The notes: generated by a model from the letters alone, not told the origin. 49,650 nt of DNA from Phoronis australis (GCA_002633005.1 NMRA01000289.1:1-49650); one strand, 5' to 3'. Shown: positions 38,501 through 49,242, counted from the stretch's first letter. Numbers and translations are program-made.

Positions 38501-39954
38501 CACTGATTAATTATGGTTCATGTTGACACATTGATATGTCCATGTGTTATTGACAATAGAATGTATTTCAACTTTAATTCGCAAGCATCAATTTAAAATA
38601 ATGTGAGCTCCACAAAACCATTGTTTGCGGAACGGTTCCGTAACTGTCATATTGACCACTTAATTATTGTCAGATTGATACTTTCAAGTGGCATTGATAA
38701 TAGAATGCATTTTAAGTTCATTGGGCAAGACAAATACCCCGAAAAACCATTCTGTTTGGGAAATCGCTAAACAAGCAGAATTTTTCCGCATGCCGAACGG
38801 TTCCGAAACTGTCACTTTTGTTAATTGATTATTGTTAGGGTAGAAGTTCTCATACTTTTATGTTTAATGCTTGTTGCACGTTAAGATTCGAACATTTCAT
38901 GGCTTGTGTTAAGGTTCTACCAAAAGTGGTAAAATGGCATAGAGAAGATGCCAATTATTCCCGAGTCTGCTTGAGGTAGGTTTCATCATCACAAAAACAT
39001 TCAGCAAATTCCCCACTGATTAATCATTTCTTGCTGACACATTGATATTTTCATGTGTTATTGAGAATAGAATATATTTCAACTTAAATGTGCAAGAAAA
39101 ATTTTTAAACAATTGTGAGGTCCTCAAAACTATTGTTTGCGGAATCGTTCCGCATGCAGAACGGTTCCGCAACTGTCACTTTTAATAATTAATTATTGTT
39201 AGAGTAGAAATTCTGATACTTTTATGTTTAATGCTTTTTGTACGTTAAGATTCGAATATTTCATGGCTTGTGTTAAGGTTCTACCAAAAGCGGTAAAATA
39301 GCAATAACAAGATGTCAATTTTTCGCCACAGTCTGCTTGAGGTAGGCTTCTTCATCACAAACCATTCAGCAAATTCCCAACTGATCAATCATTGTTCATG
39401 TTGACACATTGATATTTCCATATGCTATTGAGAATAGATTATATTTCAACTGAAATGTGCAATAAAACTTTTTTAAAGCTTGTGAGGATCACAAAAGTGT
39501 TGTTTGCGGAACTGTTACGCATGCGGAAGGGTTCCGCAACTTTCACATTGATCAAGTAATTATTATTAGGATTGTCACATTGATACTTTCAAGTGGTATT
39601 TATTATGGAACTCTTCTGGAAGTTTCAAATTGATTTTTAAAAATAAATTATTATTTTGATTATTATTCCACAAAATACACATAATATTTCTCAAGTCACA
39701 GTATTCCACAAAACATGCGCAGTGCGTAATATTCCGCAAAATCTGCGTAATATTCCGCAAGGCAAAAAATGAACTTCTAATTAAGAAAATGCTAATTGAG
39801 GAAATAAAAATGTAACATTGTAAACATGTTTAGGGTAAGGTATAGATTTGTTACATACCATTTTTATGGCCCTAAGTGGATATTAAAAAAGTGCGGAGCC
39901 GTTCCGCACACTTTGAGACTAAATAATATTGTCTCATTTGATAAAATATCGCCT
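32554..39954. mobile_element. 7.4-kb foldback-type non-autonomous DNA transposon with long modular inverted arms
   Basis: 32554-33132 is the reverse complement of 39606-39954, apart from the minisatellite copy number. Termini are AGGCGAT...ATCGCCT, with TTAA on the left only. The arms continue as arrays of ~170-bp and ~340-365-bp units (left to ~35550, right from ~38100). The AT-rich centre has no convincing ORF. Confidence 0.88.
32811..33017 (+). repeat. 21-bp minisatellite TTGCGGAATATTACGCAGATT, about 10 copies
   Basis: Directly visible 21-nt period. Only about 2 copies occur at the mirror position 39723-39760. Confidence 0.95.
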
Positions 39955-40049
39955 TCGTAGTAAAATACCAAAACCAGATCTTGACCACTTTTCTTTTCTA
40001 CAAGTGATGTTCCAGTACTTGCTTTGTGAGACGATAATCAGAAATGCAA

Positions 40050-40275
40050 AAAGCCTATTACAGAGCTGTAATATAATTTCCGGAGAACTTTTTGACCCTG
40101 ACATCTTCATTTTTGGTGGATTCGGTACATCAAATATTGTTCGGGCACTGCACTCAATACCAGCTTGTTCTTTATTCATGAACATGGACTCCTCGAACTG
40201 ATGAGAGCATAACTTGCAGTTCTTGGACAAATAGGCTGCATCTCTATTCATAAGGTCAGCTCCCAGCGCTTGCAC
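40050..40275 (-). pseudogene. THAP domain exon 2 (THAP12/PRKRIR-like), decayed
   Basis: ttcctgttcag|G TGC AAG CGC TGG = (R)CKRW, then a frameshifting deletion, then ADLMNRDAAYLSKNCKLCSHQFEESMFMNKE...TIFDVPNPP (THAP LCS.HF and PTIF motifs, degenerate). The 3' boundary is approximate. Confidence 0.75.
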
Positions 40276-40911
40276 CTGAACAGGAATCAATGAGGGACTC
40301 AGGAACAAACCTCATACTCACTAGGTTCACAGAAGACTGGTAGCCTACACTACAGAATTCCTGTCGTACTGTGATTGTGATAGAGACAAAAGCGTTTTGG
40401 TGTCAACTGAAAAAAATCGGACTCAAATGTCGATCCACGGACATTTTAACCGCTGCACCCCCGCATCATTGACACATAGAATTAAGTTTTCAATGACGCA
40501 CTGCTTAACTTAATTGGTCCAACTGGCACATTATAATTATGTTGATTTTCACCTTTTTACCGAGACCCACAGATTCTCTAACTTGACTCATAACAGACTT
40601 GTGGCCCTGTGGCTGTGATTGTGCCATTGCCGTGTGACCAGTCATATTACCCATGGCCATGGGCATGGGTATGTTTTCCTAAAATTATCCCTGCGATCGT
40701 ACGGGTGATATTTTGATTTGGAATTCATGGACTGCAAGTATCCAAAAAGTTGACGATCACATCGTTCATCATAGTCCTTCCGCCGGCAGCCCGGCTGTAC
40801 AGTAGGCCTAGCCTAAACTGCAGACAACACTGGCAACGGGACTGCGATCGACTTGTCTAACAACCGTGAACAGAACACACAAAATGAAAGCCAATAACAG
40901 ATAATCCTTAC

Positions 40912-41007
40912 CTTTCTGGATCTTTAGGAAACCTAAATCTTGACAAGTGGGATTTTCGTGGATGAATTCATGCAATTTATCGCACTGCAAAATGCGTCCT
41001 TCCCCAT
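40912..41007 (-). pseudogene. THAP domain exon 1 (THAP12/PRKRIR-like), frameshifted
   Basis: ATG at 41007 gives MGKDAFCSAINCMNSSTK, then a frameshift, then LSRFRFPKDPER|gtaagg. The CxxxxC and FRFPKD motifs are THAP hallmarks, and the phase-2 donor fits exon 2. Confidence 0.8.
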
Positions 41008-41991
41008 TGTTTTGGCGCTTCCTGGTTGACAGTTGCTTAGTCACCACTTGGCGGCGCTAGTTGTAGCGGTAACAGCGAACTCACAAGTGAACTCTCTTAT
41101 TCTACTACACTCCTTGGTAATAGTTAGACTGTTCAGCTCATACAGGGAGCAATATCGTCATCAAAATGTTTGTGAAACGAATAAATTACCTGGTTAAGGC
41201 GAACTTCTCTTCTTCGAAGCAGTACCGGAAGCAGCTCACTATGTGTCTCGAGTTGCAGAAAGGTCAAACCCCACAGCATTATGGGCAACACTCGTTTGTT
41301 TTTATCACGCAGATTTCAAGAAAATAAAAAATATAAGAAAAAATATGTGCAGGCAGCAGATCGACCCTATACTTACGAAAAGTTCTAATTAAGTGTCAGA
41401 GAGTATGTTTCAATGATTTTTATGCAGATTCACGATGTTTTTAAAACGTCTACAAACGGATCATATGATTTTAATGTGATCTGGTGCTAGGACTGACACG
41501 CAGTGTGAAACACTGTGACCAAAAGCAACTCGTCGACTTCGCATAGGCTTGTTTTGTGACAAGTTTGAAAACCGTGAACATTCAATCCTTGATAAAATCC
41601 ACAGGTTTTATTTAGCAAGATTCACAATTGATAGCGTTAACTGGGCTTCAGGGTCGCTGGTCTCGAGTGATGAATTACTTTATTACAGAAGTGTGAATTG
41701 CATTCTTGCATTAGTTTTTATCCACAACAATTCTGCTATGAGTACAGAACAACAGCAAATCGTTTGAAGTTCTTTTTCTGTTAAAAATATTTCTACATTG
41801 ACAAAACTTTCTCATTTGATCTTTGCCCTGTGTGGAGCCGTAACGAGGGTCACATTCAAGATAAGTTATGTTAGGGCTTCAGTCAATATATTCATAAACA
41901 AAATTCCAGTGTTACAATGTAATTTTGCAATTGTCCATGAAGAATAGTCTAGCCATAAGTCCACAAACGTTCTTCCACCAACAATATGGCG

Positions 41992-42135
41992 TTATTCCAA
42001 TGGGCATCCGTACAGTTCAAAACGGAGACAGGCGATTGCTTGTGGCTTCCAAGTCTTGGGAACAATTCGAACGTATCTGGTTTCCAGTGGAGGGTTGAGT
42101 TTTGTGATAACACTGCCTTGACCGGCCAGTAACGA
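41992..42135 (-). CDS. Gene B (paralog) last coding exon: F5/8 type C C-terminus with stop
   Basis: tttttgtag|; 144 nt, phase 0. Translates SLLAGQGSVITKLNPPLETRYVRIVPKTWKPQAIACLRFELYGCPLE* (RYVRI.P..W and CLRFELYGC signatures). Confidence 0.92.
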   Translation of the reverse strand, partial: SLLAGQGSVITKLNPPLETRYVRIVPKTWKPQAIACLRFELYGCPLE

Positions 42136-42488
42136 CTACAAAAACAAATACTATATAACATTTTAACGCATTGTAAACTTTGAAAATTATTTAGGGGCTT
42201 TAACAAACTTACATGCACATGTACGCTTGTGGACGGGATTTCCCTTGTGTAAACTGCTTCATTAAAACCCAATTTTATGATCATATGAACCAGAGGGGGC
42301 GCTTTGGTATTCCGGGAAGTGATTATCATTTCCCTGCAACAGAGGGGGCGCTGTGATTATTATTATACTGAAATGATCAATCTCTGTTTTGTGTCTTTGC
42401 AAGTCGTGCTTTTATTCCCAGCCTGTACACGAAAAGGTGTATTGACGTGCACTGTAATATCAGAAATGAACAAATCCTTTCAACTTAC

Positions 42489-42618
42489 CGTTGAATCTCT
42501 CGTTCTGTCCAGGTACAAACTCCAGTAGCGGCCATTGTTACTGTACTTTAATGCATACGTATTTAAGTGATAATTCTCATCACCGCGTCCTTGAACTTCG
42601 ACAGCCGTAATTCGGTAT
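42489..42618 (-). CDS. Gene B exon: F5/8 type C middle
   Basis: cttttcag| ... |gtaagt; 130 nt, phase 2-0. Translates (R)YRITAVEVQGRGDENYHLNTYALKYSNNGRYWSLYLDRTRDST (IT.V..QGR, Y.L.YS.NG..W). Confidence 0.92.
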
Positions 42619-42634
42619 CTGAAAAGTGTGAAAT

Positions 42635-43451
42635 ACTTAATTTGACCAATTTCTAAGAACTCTATGGGGTTGGTCGTTTTAATGGCCCGCTAAAATGACT
42701 TCATTGGGAGTGGTCAAAGAACTAGTGGAATTCTACAACAGTCCATCTACGAAATTTTCTACTAATCTCATTAAACTGGTTTGCGAAGTGACCATTTATG
42801 TGTGAATACGGAGTTACACCTTTCTTTTAACTGCGAATCTTTTTCATAACAAACGTAATGGCCTCGTTGTCCAAGGAAATCGTATACCAAACCTTTTTAC
42901 TCAAGCGAGTTCACGATTAATTAATTTCGTGCAAAGGTTCCTGTATGGAGTTGGATATAGAACTCTGTCTATTCACCTGATGTCGAATTTCACGTGTATC
43001 CACGGATCGCTAAGGGATATTGTACACCACGCGTAGCACGGGCGTGATCCACTGACGGCCTTTCGGCTGTTTAGTCTGGCATGGGTCTTAGGGCACCGTC
43101 CAACATGGCTTGATGCCGATATCTGATGGTCCTGCACAACTCTGGTTTGCATCAGTGGTGTATTGCAAGCTAGTAGAAGAATAAACAAAAAAAGATAATG
43201 CGTGCTCAGCAGAGGCTGTTAACAACGTTGTGCTTCAGGGAGTTCTTCTTAATAAGCTATAACAGTAGCGTGCATTATTTTGCTGGTATCCGGTCACAGT
43301 TCTCTCCACCTGTAACCACATGCGGTCTTCAAAAGCAGTCGCGAATTATTGATTCCTGCTACATGTGTGATAGTTGTTAATGAGAAGGTGTTGCCAACTG
43401 ATAACTGTCAGTGGGCTCATTTGGCCAAACTGTGCCGTGAAAAGACTGTAT
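42635..43451 (+). repeat. Segment paralogous to ~358-1213 (exon plus both flanking introns)
   Basis: Collinear intronic matches such as TCTAAGAACT, TTTTCATAACAAACGT, CAGTTCTCTCCAC.TGTAACCACATGCGGTCTTCAAAAGCA and ATGAGAAGGTGTTGCCA.CTGAT. Confidence 0.9.
42977..43169 (-). CDS. Gene B exon: first part of the F5/8 type C domain
   Basis: ctactag| ... |gtgaat; 193 nt. Translates ACNTPLMQTRVVQDHQISASSHVGRCPKTHARLNSRKAVSGSRPCYAWCTISLSDPWIHVKFDIR; paralog of 631-823. Confidence 0.92.
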
Positions 43452-43453
43452 TA

Positions 43454-43590
43454 CAGCACACATCACGAACTTTTGTTCGACCGGTCGGAAATTGGTCGAC
43501 GTCTAGCCGACCAGCAGCCAACATACAGCGGTCGGCTAGAAGCCGTGTGCTGAGTCGCCTCTGCGATCGGCACTTGAGTCGGCAAAATAG
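43454..43590 (+). mobile_element. End of a second copy of the CAGCACACATCACGAA element
   Basis: TA-CAGCACACATCACGAACTTTTGTTCGACCGGTCGGAAATTGGTCGAC; same family as 160-355. The inner boundary is approximate. Confidence 0.6.
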
Positions 43591-45699
43591 TCATCTAACC
43601 TGTTCATAATCTAAAATAAATAATCTTGCCTCTAAAGTAGTTTTTGCGAACGAAGCATTACACGAACTGCACATCGTCCTATTTGCATGTTCTCAGTTGC
43701 CTCTGCTATCAATAGAGGGCTCTTGGAATAGATAATTAGCTTGCAAAACACGACATACAAACCTTGTTTTGGAGAAAAGGCAGACAACATTACTAATTAC
43801 CATTCTCTGAAGATGACATTGATGATTATTGCTTATTACAAAAATATGTACGTAAACCTACTGGCATGGGTGCTTGTTATTGATAGATGGCGCTGCTTTT
43901 GTTTACGTGGAGACTGAAAACGCATCTAGAATAAAAACAGTAACGCGAGGACCTTGATATAATTCAAGACATCGCAAAATATTGCCCTGCATTTTAACTG
44001 AGAACAAGTGCTTTTGGATAAATTTTAGTGAGGTTCTAGTGTTACTGAACTCACCCCTGCCTTACTTATTTTCTATCTTCCTTGTTTGAGCCACAGGCAT
44101 AGGAAGGCACACAAGGGGGATATGGCGCCGTGTTCAGTGCAAAAAAATCCCTCAACTCGTCAATCGTCATTGTAACTTAGGGATCATATTGTAATGTCCC
44201 TGCTGGTTGCTACAAATTTTAGGCGCTTTTAGTCGCCAGAAAACTGGTGTTTCCCCTCACTCACCGGGCACCCTAAGGCTGAATATTTCTGACAGTGTGA
44301 CCATCAATGGCATAAAAAGGCACACATTCACAGTCAATAGAAAGTAATTTACAGGAAGAGACAATTTTATTAATGACTCATTCATGACAGACATGAAGTA
44401 AACAGAAGTAACGGTCTCAACTTCATAGCAAACATACTGAGTGACTGTCTCTGTGGCGTAGCAAGGGGTGGTCAGTGGGGCCCAAGGTGCTCGCTATGCT
44501 ACTCGACTGTCTACTGTAATTTCACCTCAAATGCAAACTGCTATTAACTACGATAATAGATATAATATATGACGAGCACGGTAAAACACAACTTGTAATA
44601 AATAACAAGCTACTTTTATCATATTTATATCTCTGTCCTCTTTCGCTCTTGTTATTGCTTTTCATTCTGTACGGCCACCATTCCACCTTCGGCTACTACG
44701 ACACATTTTGCCCCTGACGTGGCCACCACAATTTCACAATAGGTCAGCACCTTTTCTGCCTCAGCCACAGACAAACTGCTCCTCAGGCCACCATCTACTC
44801 AGGCTCCACTTGTTTTTATCCTGGCCAATGCCAAATTTTGCCCTGGTTGCCACTCATCCTGCCAATCCTCAGCCACTGCCACTCTCCTAATTTTCACTCG
44901 GCCGCCACTGATTTCTGCCTCCTGATGCTACCCATTTGACCCAAGTTGCAACTTACTCTCGTTTTTGCCATGAACCATTCTTTCTCTTACAACCAAAGAT
45001 TAAGGCACTGGCCACTATTCATTTGGCGCTCAGCAGTCAGTCATTGAGCACCTGGCCAGCATCCATACTGACTTGAACTCTTCCTAGCTACCACTCATTC
45101 TCCTTCAGATGCCACCCATTTGTTTCAATTCATCCAAACACCCATGATGTCTATATTTATTCGTGTTTCTAACAGATCACTAATTGATAAAATGATACCA
45201 ATACCTAAGAATGAACGCATCTTGAGATTCTACATAACAAAATAATCTAACTAATAACTGAACTTCAACTTTAGTGCACTCTCAAGCAAACATGTAACTA
45301 CAAACACGTGACAATATATGCACTTCCACTTATAACTTTCCTGCACATTTGGTTAAAAAAAATTTTGTACACGTATCCTCTATGTTAATACTATATAGTT
45401 ACTTGATCTGAGCTGTAGATATTGTCCATTTTATCATTCCGAGTTTTGTTCTAAATTCCCTCACTGATCGATACGAGTGAAATGAAAATTAATAATCCAA
45501 AACTGCTACAAACCAACTGCTTACCGTCACCAACCAGTCATAAATACCGGCAGCTAAACAAGACGAAGAAAGCATTAATTTTGAGAGCTTCACATATCTT
45601 TAACTGTTTGTTATGCTACAAAACTAGGCTAAACGTTGAGCTCATTTACCACTCCATTCAATAAATCTGATGACATAACTGCATCTTCAGCAGAAATAG

Positions 45700-47772
45700 C
45701 ATCGTCATCATCAACATTGCCACAGACAACCTCGAAAAATCCACCAATCTGCAATTCACTTAACATCACAGGTAAACACTTTCCCAGTTAGTTGTCGTAA
45801 TGTTTTCTCCATTTTGGCGCTTCCGAGGGTGAACGCTTTTACTTGACTTATCTCCTTCATCGAATATGTTCGTCAGAAAGTTCTTGACCTTTACTGAAAA
45901 TCTTGTTGACCTTTCACCTTTTTCCAATGCCTAACCTATTGCTTCAGCATTCGTCTCGTCCACATACATGTAGTACTCTGAGGCTGCCTCAAATGACGCT
46001 CCGGTTCTTGCATCTGAAAACATTTCTGACCACTGTCGTGTGATGTGGTCATACGTGGTTTCCCTCTACAAATGTTTGGCGTGGTTACCCACATCCAAAT
46101 GCTGACCTAGTTCTGCGTCTGTAGCAAAAAATTCGAGCAACCATGCTGGTTACAAGGGAACTTTTGTTGAAGTTCTTCACTAGATACAGTGCCAACCCTA
46201 ACTCTTGGTTTTGAAAATTCGCCATGTTTAGAGATGTTGGTGGATTTTAGAGAAATGGGTTTCCCATTTTCTCAGTATTTGTAAGCACTTACCGTCACCT
46301 ATATGGAATGATTTCCACACGCGAATCCCTTGGGTGGAATAGTGGGAATTTGGGAATTTGCTTACACCAGGAAATGAGTATTTTGGAAAAGACTTTATTG
46401 CAATGACTGAAAATGAATACACATATCACCCCTTCACACCGCAACTGGAAAGTAATGCTTCTTTCAAATCCAGAAAGTTTATGATATTGTTACCTTCGGC
46501 TACAAAGTATGTTGTAGCATGTTGTTCGGAGCAATCTTGCGATCACAGAGATCGTTTCCATTTTGACTTTCACTAAAGTCATATTTCGAAACAGAAATGC
46601 CGGGAGAATGTGAAAAGGCTGCTACATGTACTTTCGGGAGGAGAGGACCAGAGTGGTAACATCCAGCATTACCTGACTCTTCCATGACTGGTCCTATTAA
46701 GTCATAAATTCACCGACTCTGGGTAGTAGGAGTCCGCACTCTGGCAAAGGCCTTGCTTTGTGAGGTATTTTCCTGTATCTCAAATGTTCAGTGGTGTCTT
46801 TGACATGACTCCCTAAAGCACAAAGCTTTTGTGATCGCATTTTTGAAGAATAAACTCTTAAGGAACATGAAGGGCCATGGATATCTTCCGCCATTTTGTC
46901 TTTTTAAAATGCACTTGCTACTCCAGAAACCGGTCATTACAAATATCAATTCGTAATGGCTTAAACTTAAAAGCATTTATTTCCATTAAAAAGTCCTACA
47001 GAGTGTTTAAATTAACCTGATAATGCAAAAGAAATGAAAGAAAACAAGAGGGTTACATGTACATTTTTATATATCCTCAAGCTTAACCTCAACTGACTCC
47101 CTCAGTGGGCAAAGGTCATCGGGTTCAGTTTTGATACTAGCCGCGTAATAAACCCAGAAAACATCTTGTTTCGATTTCAAAGAGTTTACACTTGATTTCT
47201 ATAACCTTTTAAAGTAGACGTCTTGCTCAAAAGTTTGTTCACATGGTAAACTCTGCTCGTCATTTCTAAACTATGAAAATAGACAGGTTTGCAAGTCAAT
47301 TTTCAATACAGTGTAAAGTTGAGGCAAGATTTTTTATTGCTCAGTCATCAAGACTGCATGTTCTAAACGTCACATAAGGCTACAGGGCGTTTTATGGCAG
47401 TAAGAAGGTCACAAAAACTGCCACTAAAATTAGCCCCAAAAAGTGGTCTGTGGATTATCTCCCCTGTCTAGCACAAAACTGTCAGATTTTAATAAATGGC
47501 ACAGAATTATGCACAACATACGTTGGTTATTTCAGCCACGAAAATATAGCTTCTGAACTATTTTGTCTGTTGCTCATTTTTGTTGCTGAAAACATACGAT
47601 TTCTGAGACGGCTGATATGCCCAATTGTGCCAAATTAGGGTCACTGAGCTCACAAAATTTAGCATTTGGGTTTTTGTTAGGATACCTATCCACGTACAAA
47701 AATGAGGTTGTTTTGAATTTTGACGTATACACTGATTTTTGAAAATCTACTCTATTTTATATGGACTGCCTC
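45700..47772 (-). mobile_element. Degenerate, internally deleted Sola3-like DNA transposon with one recognisable terminus
   Basis: Decayed ORF 46690 to 45700 with motifs SGNAGCYHS (SDNAGCYH type), YDFSESQNGNDLCDRKIA, EGNNI..LKEAL.S..GVKG, PGVSKF..GIRVWKSFHIGDGK, HLDVGNH and G*ALEK..RFS.KVK.FL..IF.EG. The terminus ...GGACTGCCTC|TTAA at 47763-47776 fits the GAG...CTC ends and TTAA target described for Sola3. Confidence 0.7.
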
Positions 47773-48621
47773 TTAACTGTTCGCCGTTCGTTCACCAGTG
47801 GCAACTACGGTCTTGACATCGGTTTATCAACTTTTGTTCAACTATTGGAGGGAGTTAAATCGAATCAACTACAAATACGAAGTGGGTGACCTTACACCAA
47901 CGTAAATTTTATGTTGAATTAATTACGGCGTGGTAAAATCAAACGTTAAGTGATATGGCGGAAGCATTATTTCTAACTCTAGATATTAAACTTCTTATAC
48001 AGTACATTATACATAAAAACAAGCAAGAAATTTGAAATTTTACAGTAAACTTGCATAGAAATCAGAATACATCTCTGGATGTTTTACGACTTCAAGTGTC
48101 TTCATAACGCGGAATGTCCGTTATTGCTCTTGATCATCAGTTCATCACGCTGTATATTGCGCTTTAACACAGATAATTATTGTTTATTTCTGTACAATTT
48201 CTTAATATGTTGGTACAGCAATAGAACCCAAGTTTATTTTAGGACCAACATAAACAGTGGTTTGAAAAAAGCGCCGATATCAACTAAGATCACGGGCGCA
48301 TGAAAAGGGAAGAATGTGATCCGTTATAGTGTCATCCATGACCTACAATCATTCTGAATTTGTTGTCACTTTTGGAGTTACTGTAACAAATTGTTTCGAA
48401 GCTAGAGCCTTCCTATCTAGCCAGCTAGCTTAATGAAAACTACCGTCAAAATACAGAAAGGTGCCACTGAGTATTGAGCTCCGATAGAACTCAAAATTTC
48501 TCACAGCTCGGATAGTTACGCTCGTCAACACGTCGTGAAGCTTGTATCAACATGAGCTAAAGACCGGCGGTTGTGCATGCAAAATCTGGAAGTCAATTGA
48601 CTTTCACCTAGCCCTTTACGA

Positions 48622-49061
48622 CCATTTAAGCGAAAAACATCCGACGTCATCTTCTTGCGTAATTCCCTGCCTTTTGTAACAATAAAATGTATGTCGTCGT
48701 TTTGAAAGGAGTACATTCGTGACACGCGCCATTTCCAGAATTTTTTTCGAAATCTCCAATTAGAAGATGACAACATCGCAGCAAAATTTTCTCTAAAATT
48801 CGATTTACTGATATCAAAATTCCAAAAACATATAACGAAGTGAAACCAATTCTGATCATTTGTTTTGACGTTTACGCAACCTCGAGGGAGAACGTTTGAT
48901 TGAAGAATCTGGGAAAAAGGAACTGGTTATTAATAGGTGACGCAATATTTTATTGCGCCAAAAGTCGACGCAAAATATCACACCACAACTTTAGCAGCAG
49001 AATAATTGTAGAAAACCAATTTTTGCAACGCCGGTAAATGATTCAGATAACTCAAGGAAGA
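48622..49061 (+). repeat. Dispersed repeat, copy 2
   Basis: Homologous to 19563-20015, same orientation. Confidence 0.75.
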
Positions 49062-49127
49062 TTTTATTCGGTCAATTTTACCCACAACGGTGTAATATAA
49101 TGAGGCTATGCCCTCCATGTGCAATAA

Positions 49128-49242
49128 ATTTCAGGGGATATGCTATCTCTGAGGTAATTAAATCCAGGGATAGTGCTCTGATGTTAAAAACCCAGGAATA
49201 GAGGCAGTTATGTAATAATACAGGAATAGTGGCAGCTATACT
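49128..49242 (+). repeat. Degenerate ~30-bp tandem repeat, about 4 copies
   Basis: CAGG(G/A)ATAG(T/A)G...ATGT(A/T)A units. Confidence 0.5.

Noticed and set aside
33105-39760. ORFs of 60-196 aa within the foldback arms
   Set aside because: They are translations of the non-coding repeat modules, with frames not conserved between copies and no domain motifs.
41190-41310. Possible first exon of gene A (MLWGLTFLQLETHSELL...NQ|gtaatt)
   Set aside because: The hydrophobic core is weak for a signal peptide, it ends in phase 0 while the EGF exon needs phase 1, and it lies only ~700 bp from gene B's stop.
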